DNA of 28,269 nt from a virus (IMGVR_UViG_3300016471_000119:1-28269), one strand, 5' to 3'; positions 17,851 through 26,562 are shown, numbered from the stretch's first letter. The notes: generated from the sequence alone by a model not told the origin. Numbers and translations: made by a program.

Positions 17851-18477
17851 ATGAGCATACCTAATTGGTGGGGTGATTGGAGGCCAGGTCTCACACCTCA
17901 CACAGGAAACTTACAGGCCACTGACTTGATAGAATGTACTCAGATAGTGGGAGGCTTACCTGTTAACACCGTTATGACAGGTGCTCAAATCATTGCAGCC
18001 GTACCTGGTGGTGGTAACAGCCCTCAAATTATTGCTAAGAAAGCAATGGTCAGCCACACTGGTACTCCTACCTCTGGTAACACCATGATAGCTTCGGAGG
18101 ATATAAGTGCTCACATCAGTACTAACACATACTATCATATAAGTGTAATGGTACGTAAAACATCAGGACCTGGCAATTCCTCTGCATTTAGGCTATATGT
18201 TAACAGCAGTGCCTCACTCACAGGTGCTACATTGATAGGTACCATGGCATCAGTAGGAAGTGTTAACAATATATCTAACAATACCTACAACTTTGTTACT
18301 GACTCTTCGGGTAACATGTATGTAGTGGCTGCTGGTAGCGCTCTATCTATTAACTATGTCCAAGGTGCTGGCACAGTTATTACAATACCCTCACCCTGCT
18401 ATCTGATTTGGGCATCCCAGACACCTAATGGTGATACTATAATGCTACTTAACTCAACAGTCACTAAATATGTATAG
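17851..18477 (+). CDS. Putative short tail fibre/receptor-binding or decoration protein
   Basis: N-terminal anchor, GGG hinge, Ser/Thr-rich beta C-terminal domain. Confidence 0.5.
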   Translation: MSIPNWWGDWRPGLTPHTGNLQATDLIECTQIVGGLPVNTVMTGAQIIAAVPGGGNSPQIIAKKAMVSHTGTPTSGNTMIASEDISAHISTNTYYHISVMVRKTSGPGNSSAFRLYVNSSASLTGATLIGTMASVGSVNNISNNTYNFVTDSSGNMYVVAAGSALSINYVQGAGTVITIPSPCYLIWASQTPNGDTIMLLNSTVTKYV

Positions 18478-18607
18478 TGTTACAATCAACGATATTACTT
18501 ACACCTTCACCGAATGGGAGGAGATAGATGGATACTACATTCATATATTCACTGAGCATGGTGTTATCTGTGTTCCTAAAGACTTAGTAGATGGGAAGGT
18601 ACGCTAA
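18470..18607 (+). CDS. 45-aa hypothetical protein, possible fibre chaperone (not in ORF track)
   Basis: MYSVTINDITYTFTEWEEIDGYYIHIFTEHGVICVPKDLVDGKVR; overlaps both neighbours. Confidence 0.6.
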   Translation: MYSVTINDITYTFTEWEEIDGYYIHIFTEHGVICVPKDLVDGKVR

Positions 18608-19043
18608 TGATGGTAATTTCAATGTGCTATATCCTACACGTAGGAAAATGGCAGCAATGCTTAAGCGCATCATTGTAAGCAAAGGTCTAGTACAGGAGGG
18701 CACCCTGGTAGACTCAGTACGTATCAATGCCAGGATAACAGGCTTTGCCAAGCTAGAGATAGAAATCATAGCTATGTACTACTTCATATTCTTAAACAAT
18801 GGAGCGTATCTATGGAATGGTGGGGTGATACCACCTTACGATATAGTCAGTGACTTTACCTATGAGATGAATAGCAGTGGACTTACTGCAGAAATATACA
18901 GGCAGTATACTGAATGGTTAACTAAGACCTACCCACTAGTTAAGGCAGTGGAGGTACTAGAGAAAAATCAAAAGATAGTATACACATTCTTACCTATAGA
19001 TGCACCTGCAGACTTCACTGTTGGTACTCCATTAGATGTCTAG
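18591..19043 (+). CDS. Putative neck/tail-completion protein (HK97 gp10-like)
   Basis: LVQEGTLVDSV...MYYFIFLNNG resembles the vdTG.L..Si...Y..fve.G motif. Confidence 0.5.
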   Translation: MGRYANDGNFNVLYPTRRKMAAMLKRIIVSKGLVQEGTLVDSVRINARITGFAKLEIEIIAMYYFIFLNNGAYLWNGGVIPPYDIVSDFTYEMNSSGLTAEIYRQYTEWLTKTYPLVKAVEVLEKNQKIVYTFLPIDAPADFTVGTPLDV

Positions 19044-19763
19044 CTCTTTTTTCATGCCTAGCATATTGAACACATAGTAAAGGGGTAGCCCTCCTATGGC
19101 ATCAGACTTAGATAGATCAGCATTGCATAGGTTGTATATGAGTAGCTCCCATGACCATTTAGCTGTATTTTTCTCAGGTTCCTCGTTAGGTCCTTCTTCA
19201 TCTTCATAACCCTCCTCTGGTTCCGGTGGTAGGGGGTCCTCAAATAGATTAGTGTAGGTATCAAGGAACTGTTCACGAAATTTAAGAAACTCCTTGATAA
19301 TACCATACACATCAGTAATAGGTAACTCCATTAATAACTCAGCCCTATCCTTGCAGTCATACTCGTATGGCTCCCACACTATTTCACCCCACTCGTTCTC
19401 TTTAGTTTGCCGGTAAAGGATGGCACAGATGTATGGTAAGTTGGTTAAGTAATTGTTAGTAAAAAAATAATCAAGATCAATGTACTCATACAGGCATAGC
19501 TTAGAAAGTGGCTTGAGCTTCATGTTTTTTATCTCATGCTTGTAATTTTTGGATGGCTCAGAGGTAGCCCATTTGCATTCATCCACTAAAGCCTGTAATT
19601 CTTCAATTTCAAGATCATCTACAACAATGTCAGTAAGTATGCTTATTACTTCACTGTTATAGTATATGGTTCCTTCCTCTTTATTAATCTTGTTGATCTC
19701 CACCCACTCCTCCAGAGTTACCTCCTTCCAGCTCTTTGGGAGCTTGCTGCTTAAATTTTTCAC
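19032..19763 (-). CDS. Hypothetical protein, possible tail assembly chaperone (downstream partner)
   Basis: LPKSWKEVTLEEW start, acidic linker, WSWELLIYNL...LPLYYVFNML tail; GTG start inside the upstream gene. Confidence 0.7.
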   Translation of the reverse strand: MKNLSSKLPKSWKEVTLEEWVEINKINKEEGTIYYNSEVISILTDIVVDDLEIEELQALVDECKWATSEPSKNYKHEIKNMKLKPLSKLCLYEYIDLDYFFTNNYLTNLPYICAILYRQTKENEWGEIVWEPYEYDCKDRAELLMELPITDVYGIIKEFLKFREQFLDTYTNLFEDPLPPEPEEGYEDEEGPNEEPEKNTAKWSWELLIYNLCNADLSKSDAIGGLPLYYVFNMLGMKKELDI

Positions 19764-20247
19764 CGATATATGTTATGTAAGGTATAGCAATAGATGCAGG
19801 CTGCTTAGATATCCATTTTGCTTTAAGTTTAAGATGTGCATCTGCATAGTGTTCTACTTTAGTAAGATCTTCACGTTTGAAAAATACAGCTAATATCATT
19901 GACAAATAACCTTTATCTTTAGCTAGTGAATACTTCTCAATCAGCTTAGTATCTTTTACTGTCAACTTCAATTTAGCGTTATAGGTATAACCTTCATGCT
20001 CAAGAGTATCTATAAGAGGGTACTCTAAATTAGGATGGTCATTAAATTGCCGCACCAAAACTAAAAAATCTTCTACCTCCATGTCATTGAAATCACTTTC
20101 AGGCACTCCTAGATAGTCAAATATCTTAAGGTTTTTTTCAATAGGATCATATTCATTGTTACTACCTATCTCTGTAATGTTTTCAAATTGTTCTACCGTT
20201 AACTCAGTGATCAAGTTAGGTATTTCTTTGTCTAGAATTTTTATCAT
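19684..20247 (-). CDS. Hypothetical protein, possible tail assembly chaperone (upstream partner)
   Basis: ATG 20247 after a TAnnTTTG promoter; IPNLITELTVEQF parallels the neighbour's N-terminus. Confidence 0.7.
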   Translation of the reverse strand: MIKILDKEIPNLITELTVEQFENITEIGSNNEYDPIEKNLKIFDYLGVPESDFNDMEVEDFLVLVRQFNDHPNLEYPLIDTLEHEGYTYNAKLKLTVKDTKLIEKYSLAKDKGYLSMILAVFFKREDLTKVEHYADAHLKLKAKWISKQPASIAIPYITYIGEKFKQQAPKELEGGNSGGVGGDQQD

Positions 20248-20259
20248 AATTGTAATTTT

Positions 20260-20287
20260 TGAACAAATATAAAAAAAAAACAATATA
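20260..20287 (+). promoter_or_regulatory. Putative phage late promoter 4
   Basis: TGAACA-N14-ACAATATA-TAC-GTG(20291); spacer includes an A10 run. Confidence 0.65.
20264..20271 (-). promoter_or_regulatory. Bacteroidota -7 promoter element (TATATTTG) for the minus-strand gene pair
   Basis: CAAATATA on the plus strand, 16 nt upstream of ATG 20247. Confidence 0.65.
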
Positions 20288-20290
20288 TAC

Positions 20291-21226
20291 GTGAGCGAGT
20301 TGCCAATTTATACCATAACGGTGGATCCTGCCTATGCAGAGGATGGTGAAGACTTAGGTATTCAAGCTATTGCTTTTACCTCTAAGCCTGCTATCAAAGT
20401 TAAGGGCATGGCCTTTAATCAGCAAACTAAGCACGTAGCATTTAAGGATGGCTTAAAATACCGTATCACAGCTCCTGCCATGATACCTATGGAGATATAC
20501 CGCAAGGATGATGATACAGATGAGGAGTACATGGTCAAGTTTACTGTAGAAGAGATAGATGCCATGCATGCTAAGTTTATGCAGCAGTTAGTTAACTCTT
20601 CTAAGTTTAACCTAGAGCATAACGAAGAGAAAAAAGTGCCTGCCTATATCCTTGAGGCATGGTTAGTAGATAAGCCTGAGCTAGATAAAGCATATACTAC
20701 CTATGGCATTGAGGTGCCTGCAGGTACATTGATGCTGACTGCTCAAATAACTGATGTAGACTACTACAATAAACTAGTAGAACAGGACCAGGTAGGGTTC
20801 AGCATTGAGGGCTTTATGGGAATGAAACTAAAACAAACATATACTATGCAATTACCAGATGGAGAGCACCTCATTGAGGGCAAAATTTACGTGGTCAAGG
20901 ATGGCCAAGTAGTCGAAATTAAAGAAGAGGAGAAAGTAGAGGACGAAATAGCACTAGAAGAGACAGTTGTAGAGGAGGAGAAAGTAGAGGAGGAAGTAGA
21001 AGCTGCCATTGATCCTGCTGTGGATGCTGAAGCTATCCTTGCTATTGTTCAGCCTATAATCACTGAGCAGATGAACCAAGTACTAGCTATCGTAGCTGAG
21101 CTTAAAACACAATTAGATGAAGCTCTAGGTGCTGAAACTGAGGTGGAGGAAGAGACAGTAGTAGTAGATGATAAGACTATGTACTGTGAAAAATTCAGAA
21201 AGTTTAACCAATTTAATAACAAATAA
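20291..21226 (+). CDS. Prohead protease (XkdF/Peptidase_S78_2-like) with acidic scaffold C-terminus
   Basis: PAMIP..IYR, FNLEH, ILEAWLV, VPAGTLM, GFSIEG; directly upstream of the capsid gene. Confidence 0.8.
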   Translation: MSELPIYTITVDPAYAEDGEDLGIQAIAFTSKPAIKVKGMAFNQQTKHVAFKDGLKYRITAPAMIPMEIYRKDDDTDEEYMVKFTVEEIDAMHAKFMQQLVNSSKFNLEHNEEKKVPAYILEAWLVDKPELDKAYTTYGIEVPAGTLMLTAQITDVDYYNKLVEQDQVGFSIEGFMGMKLKQTYTMQLPDGEHLIEGKIYVVKDGQVVEIKEEEKVEDEIALEETVVEEEKVEEEVEAAIDPAVDAEAILAIVQPIITEQMNQVLAIVAELKTQLDEALGAETEVEEETVVVDDKTMYCEKFRKFNQFNNK

Positions 21227-21227
21227 A

Positions 21228-22160
21228 ATGCGTAAATTAAAATTTGACCTACAAGTCGACCCTACAGCTTTATTGGCTGCTAACCCAGAGGCATTCTACT
21301 CTGCGGCTTACTTAACATCTGATGTGCCGGATAACTTCCGTACTTTGCCAGGTGTAAAATACCAGACTAAACTTGGTACAGTATTATTCGGTAACGTGTT
21401 ACAATCTTCTACCTGTGCATGGCCTACTCCAGGTTCAACAGATGACTTGAGTGCAGAGCTTATTGATGTATGTGCTGTATCTGCTATGGCTCAGATTTGT
21501 CAGTTTGACCTTGAGCAGTCTTTTGTATCGTTACAAATGACTAAAGGTTCTAACTCTGACTTCTCTGTGGCTTCTTTCATGAACTTCTACTGGGAGACTA
21601 TGGCTAAGCATGTAGCTCAAGATATCGAGAACATCCGATGGAAGGGAGATACTACATCATTGAACCCTACCCTTGCTTTGTGTGATGGTTATGAGAAGAA
21701 GTTAGCTGCTGCTGTAGGGCCTGGTGGTGTTATCAATGGTGGTACTGGTTTTATCACTACTTTTACAGGTTTATCTGCTGCTTTATCTACTGCTTTTGCT
21801 TTATTGCCTGCTGCTGTAGCATCTAACACTGCTGACCTACGTTTCTACTTACCTACTCAGTTAGTTAACATCTACCGCTTAGGGGTGGCTGCTGGTAACA
21901 CTAATGCGTACATCACTCAAGACTTAAGCTTAACCTACTTAGGTATTAAAATTGTACAGTGTCAAGGTATGTCAAATGATACTTTTGTTATGACTTTGAG
22001 AGATAACCTTATCTATGCATTCGATGCTGAGGGAGATAGCTCTGACCTACGTGCAGTTAACCTACGTGATACTGTTGCTGAGCCTTACATCCGTACTCGT
22101 GCAGATATGAAAATTGGTTTCCACTTTGTGAACCCTACTGAAATCGTATTCTATCAATAA
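21228..22160 (+). CDS. Major capsid protein
   Basis: 310 aa after the protease; strongly biased codons; IRWKGDT...LCDGYEKKL; followed by a terminator; start ATG 21228. Confidence 0.8.
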   Translation: MRKLKFDLQVDPTALLAANPEAFYSAAYLTSDVPDNFRTLPGVKYQTKLGTVLFGNVLQSSTCAWPTPGSTDDLSAELIDVCAVSAMAQICQFDLEQSFVSLQMTKGSNSDFSVASFMNFYWETMAKHVAQDIENIRWKGDTTSLNPTLALCDGYEKKLAAAVGPGGVINGGTGFITTFTGLSAALSTAFALLPAAVASNTADLRFYLPTQLVNIYRLGVAAGNTNAYITQDLSLTYLGIKIVQCQGMSNDTFVMTLRDNLIYAFDAEGDSSDLRAVNLRDTVAEPYIRTRADMKIGFHFVNPTEIVFYQ

Positions 22161-22170
22161 CATTAACCAT

Positions 22171-22195
22171 GAGCCCTCTGCAAAGGGGGCTCTTT
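22171..22195 (+). terminator. Rho-independent terminator after the capsid gene
   Basis: GAGCCCTCT-GCAA-AGGGGGCTC hairpin with a short T tail. Confidence 0.8.
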
Positions 22196-22208
22196 AATAC
22201 TTTTTTAT

Positions 22209-22757
22209 ATGCCAACTTGTGCCGCATTAGAAGCAATAGCCAAGAGTTGTGATAATAACTCTGGAGGCTTACATGGAGTAGCTCTTATTCAACAAGATGA
22301 TGTGCTTGGTACTACGGTAGTAACTACAGGTGCTGGTGACTGGAGAATTACAGGTTTTACCTTGACTTCTGTACCTTCACCTATCACGTTTACTGACTAT
22401 AGCATCCGTAGAAACACATCTAACTACACTGAAGAGGTAGCTGCTGACTTAGTTAATGGTAGCTCATTTACTACCGCCACACTCAATTTAGTATTTCACC
22501 GAAGAGAGCAGGCTAAATCAAGAGCCATTAAGGTACTAGGTTCTGGACAGCAGTATCTATCTGGTATCGTTAAGGATGCCAATGGTAAGTACTGGTACTT
22601 CCCTTACTTGCAGTTATCTGCATCTGGTGAAGGTTCAGGTACAGCTCGTGCTGATGGTTCTAAGTACACCGTAACATTGGTAGCAGAAAATGAATTTTTG
22701 GCCTATGAAGTAGTAATGAGCTCTTCTGCTCTTGCTGCTATAGGTGTTAACTTCTAA
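22209..22757 (+). CDS. Putative major tail tube protein
   Basis: C...NSGG N-terminus, NGSSFTTATLNLVF, IVKDANGKYW, GSGTARADGSKYTVTL; highly expressed-type codons. Confidence 0.65.
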   Translation: MPTCAALEAIAKSCDNNSGGLHGVALIQQDDVLGTTVVTTGAGDWRITGFTLTSVPSPITFTDYSIRRNTSNYTEEVAADLVNGSSFTTATLNLVFHRREQAKSRAIKVLGSGQQYLSGIVKDANGKYWYFPYLQLSASGEGSGTARADGSKYTVTLVAENEFLAYEVVMSSSALAAIGVNF

Positions 22758-22761
22758 ATTC

Positions 22762-22791
22762 TGAACATTTAGCTACAGGTCATACAATATA
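22762..22791 (+). promoter_or_regulatory. Putative phage late promoter 5
   Basis: TGAACA-N16-ACAATATA-GATAG-ATG(22797). Confidence 0.7.
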
Positions 22792-22796
22792 GATAG

Positions 22797-23147
22797 ATGA
22801 TCTACATAGCTAAAGGTACTACGAACAAAATTATTTTAACATTAACAGAGGTAACTACGGTAAATAATCCTAGTTACCTCTTTGTGTTTACTAATGAATA
22901 CAACAAAGGTAGCAGTCCTATCTTATTCACTACCGCTGATACCTCACTCTATCCTGAGAGGTACAATGCATTTACATTAGTAGAGCCAGTTGACCTTAAT
23001 CTTGTTATTGGTCAGTACACCTATCAAATTTATCAAAAAAGTGGTCCATTTGCTTTACCTCTAAGTATATCACAGACTACTGGAGTAGTCATAGAAGAGG
23101 GTAGAATGGTAGTAAGTGGCCCAGCTCCATCTAATATATACACTTAA
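22797..23147 (+). CDS. Structural protein, possibly head closure
   Basis: 116 aa, beta-rich; GQYTYQIYQ...VIEEGRM; precedes the portal gene. Confidence 0.6.
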   Translation: MIYIAKGTTNKIILTLTEVTTVNNPSYLFVFTNEYNKGSSPILFTTADTSLYPERYNAFTLVEPVDLNLVIGQYTYQIYQKSGPFALPLSISQTTGVVIEEGRMVVSGPAPSNIYT

Positions 23148-23150
23148 GAC

Positions 23151-24473
23151 ATGGCATGGTACGACATATTTAGAAGAAAACAGCAAGGTCCCACCGTAGT
23201 GGAAGGGTACCAGGCTTTTAGCACTCCCTTCCTACCTGTAGGTAGAGGTAATCTCACACTGCCATACGTTAATGGCAGATGGACAGCAGGCAACTGGGTA
23301 GACTTTGGAGAAGGTAACTTATATCCGGAAGTGTTAAACCAGATGTACTATAGCTCACCGCTACATGGTGCCATTGTGGACTTCAAGACCAATGCAGTCA
23401 TAGGTGGAGGGTACTCATTAGATGCTGATAAGCTTACACCACAGGAGAAGGTGGACCTGTACACCTGGGAAAAGAAGATACACCTCAAGCATACTGTGGA
23501 AGCAGTCACTCAGCAGCTCATTCTACATAACCGCATCTACTTTAAGCTAGTATTCAATGAGAAAGGCAAGCTAGCTAAGGTATACAACGTATCACCTGAG
23601 AAGGTAAGGGTATCACGATGCAAGAAAAAATACTACCTTAGCAATGACTGGAGCCAACGACTAGATGTAGTGGAGGTTAAACCCTACCACATGACCTGTA
23701 AGGATGAAGTACAGCTCTATTGTTATGAAGTACACAGCGTAGGGCAGGATTACTACCCACTACCTCAGTACACCTCAGCTCTTAACTTTGCATTTCTTAG
23801 TGGTGAGCTTTCATACTTTGCCAAGAGTAACATCCAAAATAGTATTTTTCCATCCTTTGCCATGATGTTTCCTAAGAGGCCACAGTCTGAGGAGGAGAAG
23901 CACATGATAAAAGAGACCATTGATAGGCTGAAAGGAGCTCAGAACGCAGGGAAGGCAGTTGCATTCTTTGCCAATAGCCAAGATCAGCTACCAAAAATAG
24001 AAGCACTGCCAACTAATGCAAATGATAAACTATTTCACGAAGCATCTGCCCTTAATACTGAACAGATTTGCTTTGCTCACACTATCGATCCTATTCTCAT
24101 GGGTGTTAGAACCACAGGCTCCTTGGGTAATGGATCAGATATTAAACAGGCTTACGTTATTTTTGAGAAAAATGTAGTCAAGAAGATACGTGCCCAGGTT
24201 GAAACTATCTTCAATGAGCTCCTATCTATTGCTAAGTTACCTGCTGACTTTACTATCAATAACTTCCAAATCATTAATGAAACCATCGTTGAACTTGAGG
24301 GTGATACCTCTAAGACTAATGATGCATTAAATACCTTGAGTCCATTGGTAGCTACCAAGGTACTTGAGACCATGACCATCAACGAGATTAGAGCACTAGC
24401 TTCTTTACCTCCTGTAGATGGTGGAGATGTTACACAAACAGCTGCAGCTGCAGCTCAAACACCTATAGTATAA
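23151..24473 (+). CDS. Portal protein
   Basis: FGEGNLYP...SSPLHGAIVDFK, YYPLPQY, GAQNAGK, AHTIDPILMG, MTINEIRAL. Confidence 0.88.
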   Translation: MAWYDIFRRKQQGPTVVEGYQAFSTPFLPVGRGNLTLPYVNGRWTAGNWVDFGEGNLYPEVLNQMYYSSPLHGAIVDFKTNAVIGGGYSLDADKLTPQEKVDLYTWEKKIHLKHTVEAVTQQLILHNRIYFKLVFNEKGKLAKVYNVSPEKVRVSRCKKKYYLSNDWSQRLDVVEVKPYHMTCKDEVQLYCYEVHSVGQDYYPLPQYTSALNFAFLSGELSYFAKSNIQNSIFPSFAMMFPKRPQSEEEKHMIKETIDRLKGAQNAGKAVAFFANSQDQLPKIEALPTNANDKLFHEASALNTEQICFAHTIDPILMGVRTTGSLGNGSDIKQAYVIFEKNVVKKIRAQVETIFNELLSIAKLPADFTINNFQIINETIVELEGDTSKTNDALNTLSPLVATKVLETMTINEIRALASLPPVDGGDVTQTAAAAAQTPIV

Positions 24474-25042
24474 TGCTTTACTTCATAACTGAAAACTACC
24501 TCAAGACCAACACACCCATCACAGCCAATGTGGATGTAACGGATGTGACACCATACATAGCTACTCAGAGTGCTCTAAGGATACAGCCTATCCTAGGTAC
24601 TACCTTCTACAATCACATGCTGGCTGGATACAACGCTCAGACACTTACCAATGATGAGGTGGACTTGGTAGAGTTTATTCAGCCTGTCATAGCATGGAGA
24701 AGTGCAGAGGATGCTGTATTCGGGCTTACCTATCAACTTAAAAATAAAGGACTGCAGACTCAGAATGGTGACTACTCAGCTAGTGTATCTAGAGCAGAGG
24801 TAGCCTTTGGTATGGAGCACTATGCACAGAAGGCATCCTTCTTTGAGCAACGATTAATCAGATGGCTACTAGCCAACAAGACTTTATTTCCTATATTTAT
24901 ATCCGCACTTAACACTGATACTGACCTTCGCCCCATGTTTGCCACCTGTCAGCAATGCCTATACAACGGCTTCACTACATGCACCGGTAACTGTGGTAAC
25001 TTTACAGAAAATGGATATAACAATAGTATACTAATACTATGA
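24473..25042 (+). CDS. Putative head-tail adaptor protein
   Basis: FITENYLK...NVD...AQ-like..IQPILGT; coupled to the portal gene. Confidence 0.55.
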   Translation: MLYFITENYLKTNTPITANVDVTDVTPYIATQSALRIQPILGTTFYNHMLAGYNAQTLTNDEVDLVEFIQPVIAWRSAEDAVFGLTYQLKNKGLQTQNGDYSASVSRAEVAFGMEHYAQKASFFEQRLIRWLLANKTLFPIFISALNTDTDLRPMFATCQQCLYNGFTTCTGNCGNFTENGYNNSILIL

Positions 25043-25530
25043 AAGCACAGCTTATCATACTCATAGCAAGCCTGAAGAGTAGGTGGCCTGTCTACCTATC
25101 CATGGTAAGCACCTTCTTTATGCCTATTTATGGCCTGTTATTCTTGATAGGCTTTACTATTTTGATAGATACCATCACTGGCATCTGGAAGGCACGTAAA
25201 CTAAAGCAACCCATCACCTCACGTAGGCTATCTGCTATCATATCTAAGTTGCTACTGTATGAAATAACTGTGATATTGTTTTACCTTATTGATAAATTTA
25301 TATTAAATGATATCATCCTTACCTTCTTTAGTGTACCTTTGATGCTAACCAAGGTGCTCAGCTTGATACTTGTAAGCATTGAAGTGGTGAGTATCAATGA
25401 GAACTACAAGGCAGTCAAAGGTATAGACCTGTGGCAGAGTGCAAAAAATTTAATATCAAGAGTTAAAGAATTAAAAAAAGATGCCGATGAAATTAGACAT
25501 AACCAAGATAGTACAAGCAAGACTATCTGA
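25039..25530 (+). CDS. Holin (Phage_holin_4_1-like)
   Basis: Several TM segments; IDTITGIWKA...ITSRRL...IEVVSINEN. Confidence 0.85.
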   Translation: MKAQLIILIASLKSRWPVYLSMVSTFFMPIYGLLFLIGFTILIDTITGIWKARKLKQPITSRRLSAIISKLLLYEITVILFYLIDKFILNDIILTFFSVPLMLTKVLSLILVSIEVVSINENYKAVKGIDLWQSAKNLISRVKELKKDADEIRHNQDSTSKTI

Positions 25531-26134
25531 TAAGCAATACTTCCAAGAAGATAGCTCTAAGACTCAAATATATCTACACCATACAGCAGGTGGGGGTGAT
25601 GCAGTAGCCGTATCACGTTGGTGGAATAGTAACTCAGATAGGATAGCTACTGCCTTTGTAATAGGTAACAGGGGCACAATAGTACAATGCTTCAGCTCTA
25701 GGCACTGGGCATGGCACCTGGGTATTGATGGAGAGGACTTCCAAGCTCACAATACACCATACAAGAACCTTAACAAGCTTAGTGTAGGCATTGAAATATG
25801 CAACTATGGACCATTGAAGCACAAGGATGGCAAGTACTACAACTATGTCAAGGGTGTGGTGGATCCTTCACAGGTAACTGTACTAGATAAGCCATACAAA
25901 GGTCATGTACTATGGCAGAAGTACACAGATGAGCAGATAGAAAGCACTCGGCAGCTCTTGGTGTACCTATGCGACACATACAATATACCCAAGGCATACC
26001 GGTCCGAGATATTTGCCATTGATAAGGAGGCTTTCAAAGGTACTCCTGGCATCTATACCCACAACTCAGTACGTAAAGATAAGAGTGATATCTACCCATG
26101 CCCTCGCATGATAGCAATGTTACAAGCACTATGA
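25487..26134 (+). CDS. Endolysin, N-acetylmuramoyl-L-alanine amidase (Amidase_2)
   Basis: IYLHHTAG, WAWHLG, SVGIEICN, YTDEQIES, THNSV..DKSD; alternative start 25481. Confidence 0.9.
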   Translation: MKLDITKIVQARLSDKQYFQEDSSKTQIYLHHTAGGGDAVAVSRWWNSNSDRIATAFVIGNRGTIVQCFSSRHWAWHLGIDGEDFQAHNTPYKNLNKLSVGIEICNYGPLKHKDGKYYNYVKGVVDPSQVTVLDKPYKGHVLWQKYTDEQIESTRQLLVYLCDTYNIPKAYRSEIFAIDKEAFKGTPGIYTHNSVRKDKSDIYPCPRMIAMLQAL

Positions 26135-26562
26135 AAGCTATAGCCTTAATTACAGCCCTTCTGCTGCTGTTTGCCTGCTCAAGTGAACGCAAGGCACAGT
26201 ACCACTACCGAAAAGCCCTTAAACATGGCCTAAAGATAGTACAGGATAGTGATACCATCCGCATTAATACCATTGATAGCATACCTGTAATAGTCAATGA
26301 TACTATCGTATGGCAGAAGTATATCACTACCAAGGATACTATAGTCAAGTATAGGACCGTAGAAATTCCTAAGACCAAGTGGCAGACCAGGATAGAGTAC
26401 AAGTACAAGACCAAGATAGAGAAAATCAAGGGCGATGTGATCACCAAGCAGCATGAAGTAATCAAGTACCGCACCAGGTGGTGGCCGTTCTGGATAGGCT
26501 TAGCTATACCCTTCTTATTAAGACTTGCCTACAATGCCTTACTAAGCAAGCTGAACAAATGA
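26131..26562 (+). CDS. Putative unimolecular spanin
   Basis: Lipoprotein signal MKAIALITALLLLFA-C plus C-terminal TM WWPFWIGLAIPFLL; follows holin and endolysin. Confidence 0.6.
   Translation: MKAIALITALLLLFACSSERKAQYHYRKALKHGLKIVQDSDTIRINTIDSIPVIVNDTIVWQKYITTKDTIVKYRTVEIPKTKWQTRIEYKYKTKIEKIKGDVITKQHEVIKYRTRWWPFWIGLAIPFLLRLAYNALLSKLNK

Noticed and set aside
18266-18273. Extra ACAATATA box (also at 25980-25987)
   Set aside because: No TRAACA box 14-16 nt upstream and no start codon 3-5 nt downstream; inside coding sequence
10836-18477. Diversity-generating retroelement or invertible tail-fibre cassette
   Set aside because: No reverse transcriptase, recombinase, TR/VR pair or flanking inverted repeats seen
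19751-19760. Canonical -1 slippery heptamer A AAU UUA joining the two minus-strand genes
   Set aside because: The heptamer is phased to the downstream frame; joining upstream to downstream needs +1 or -2, not -1
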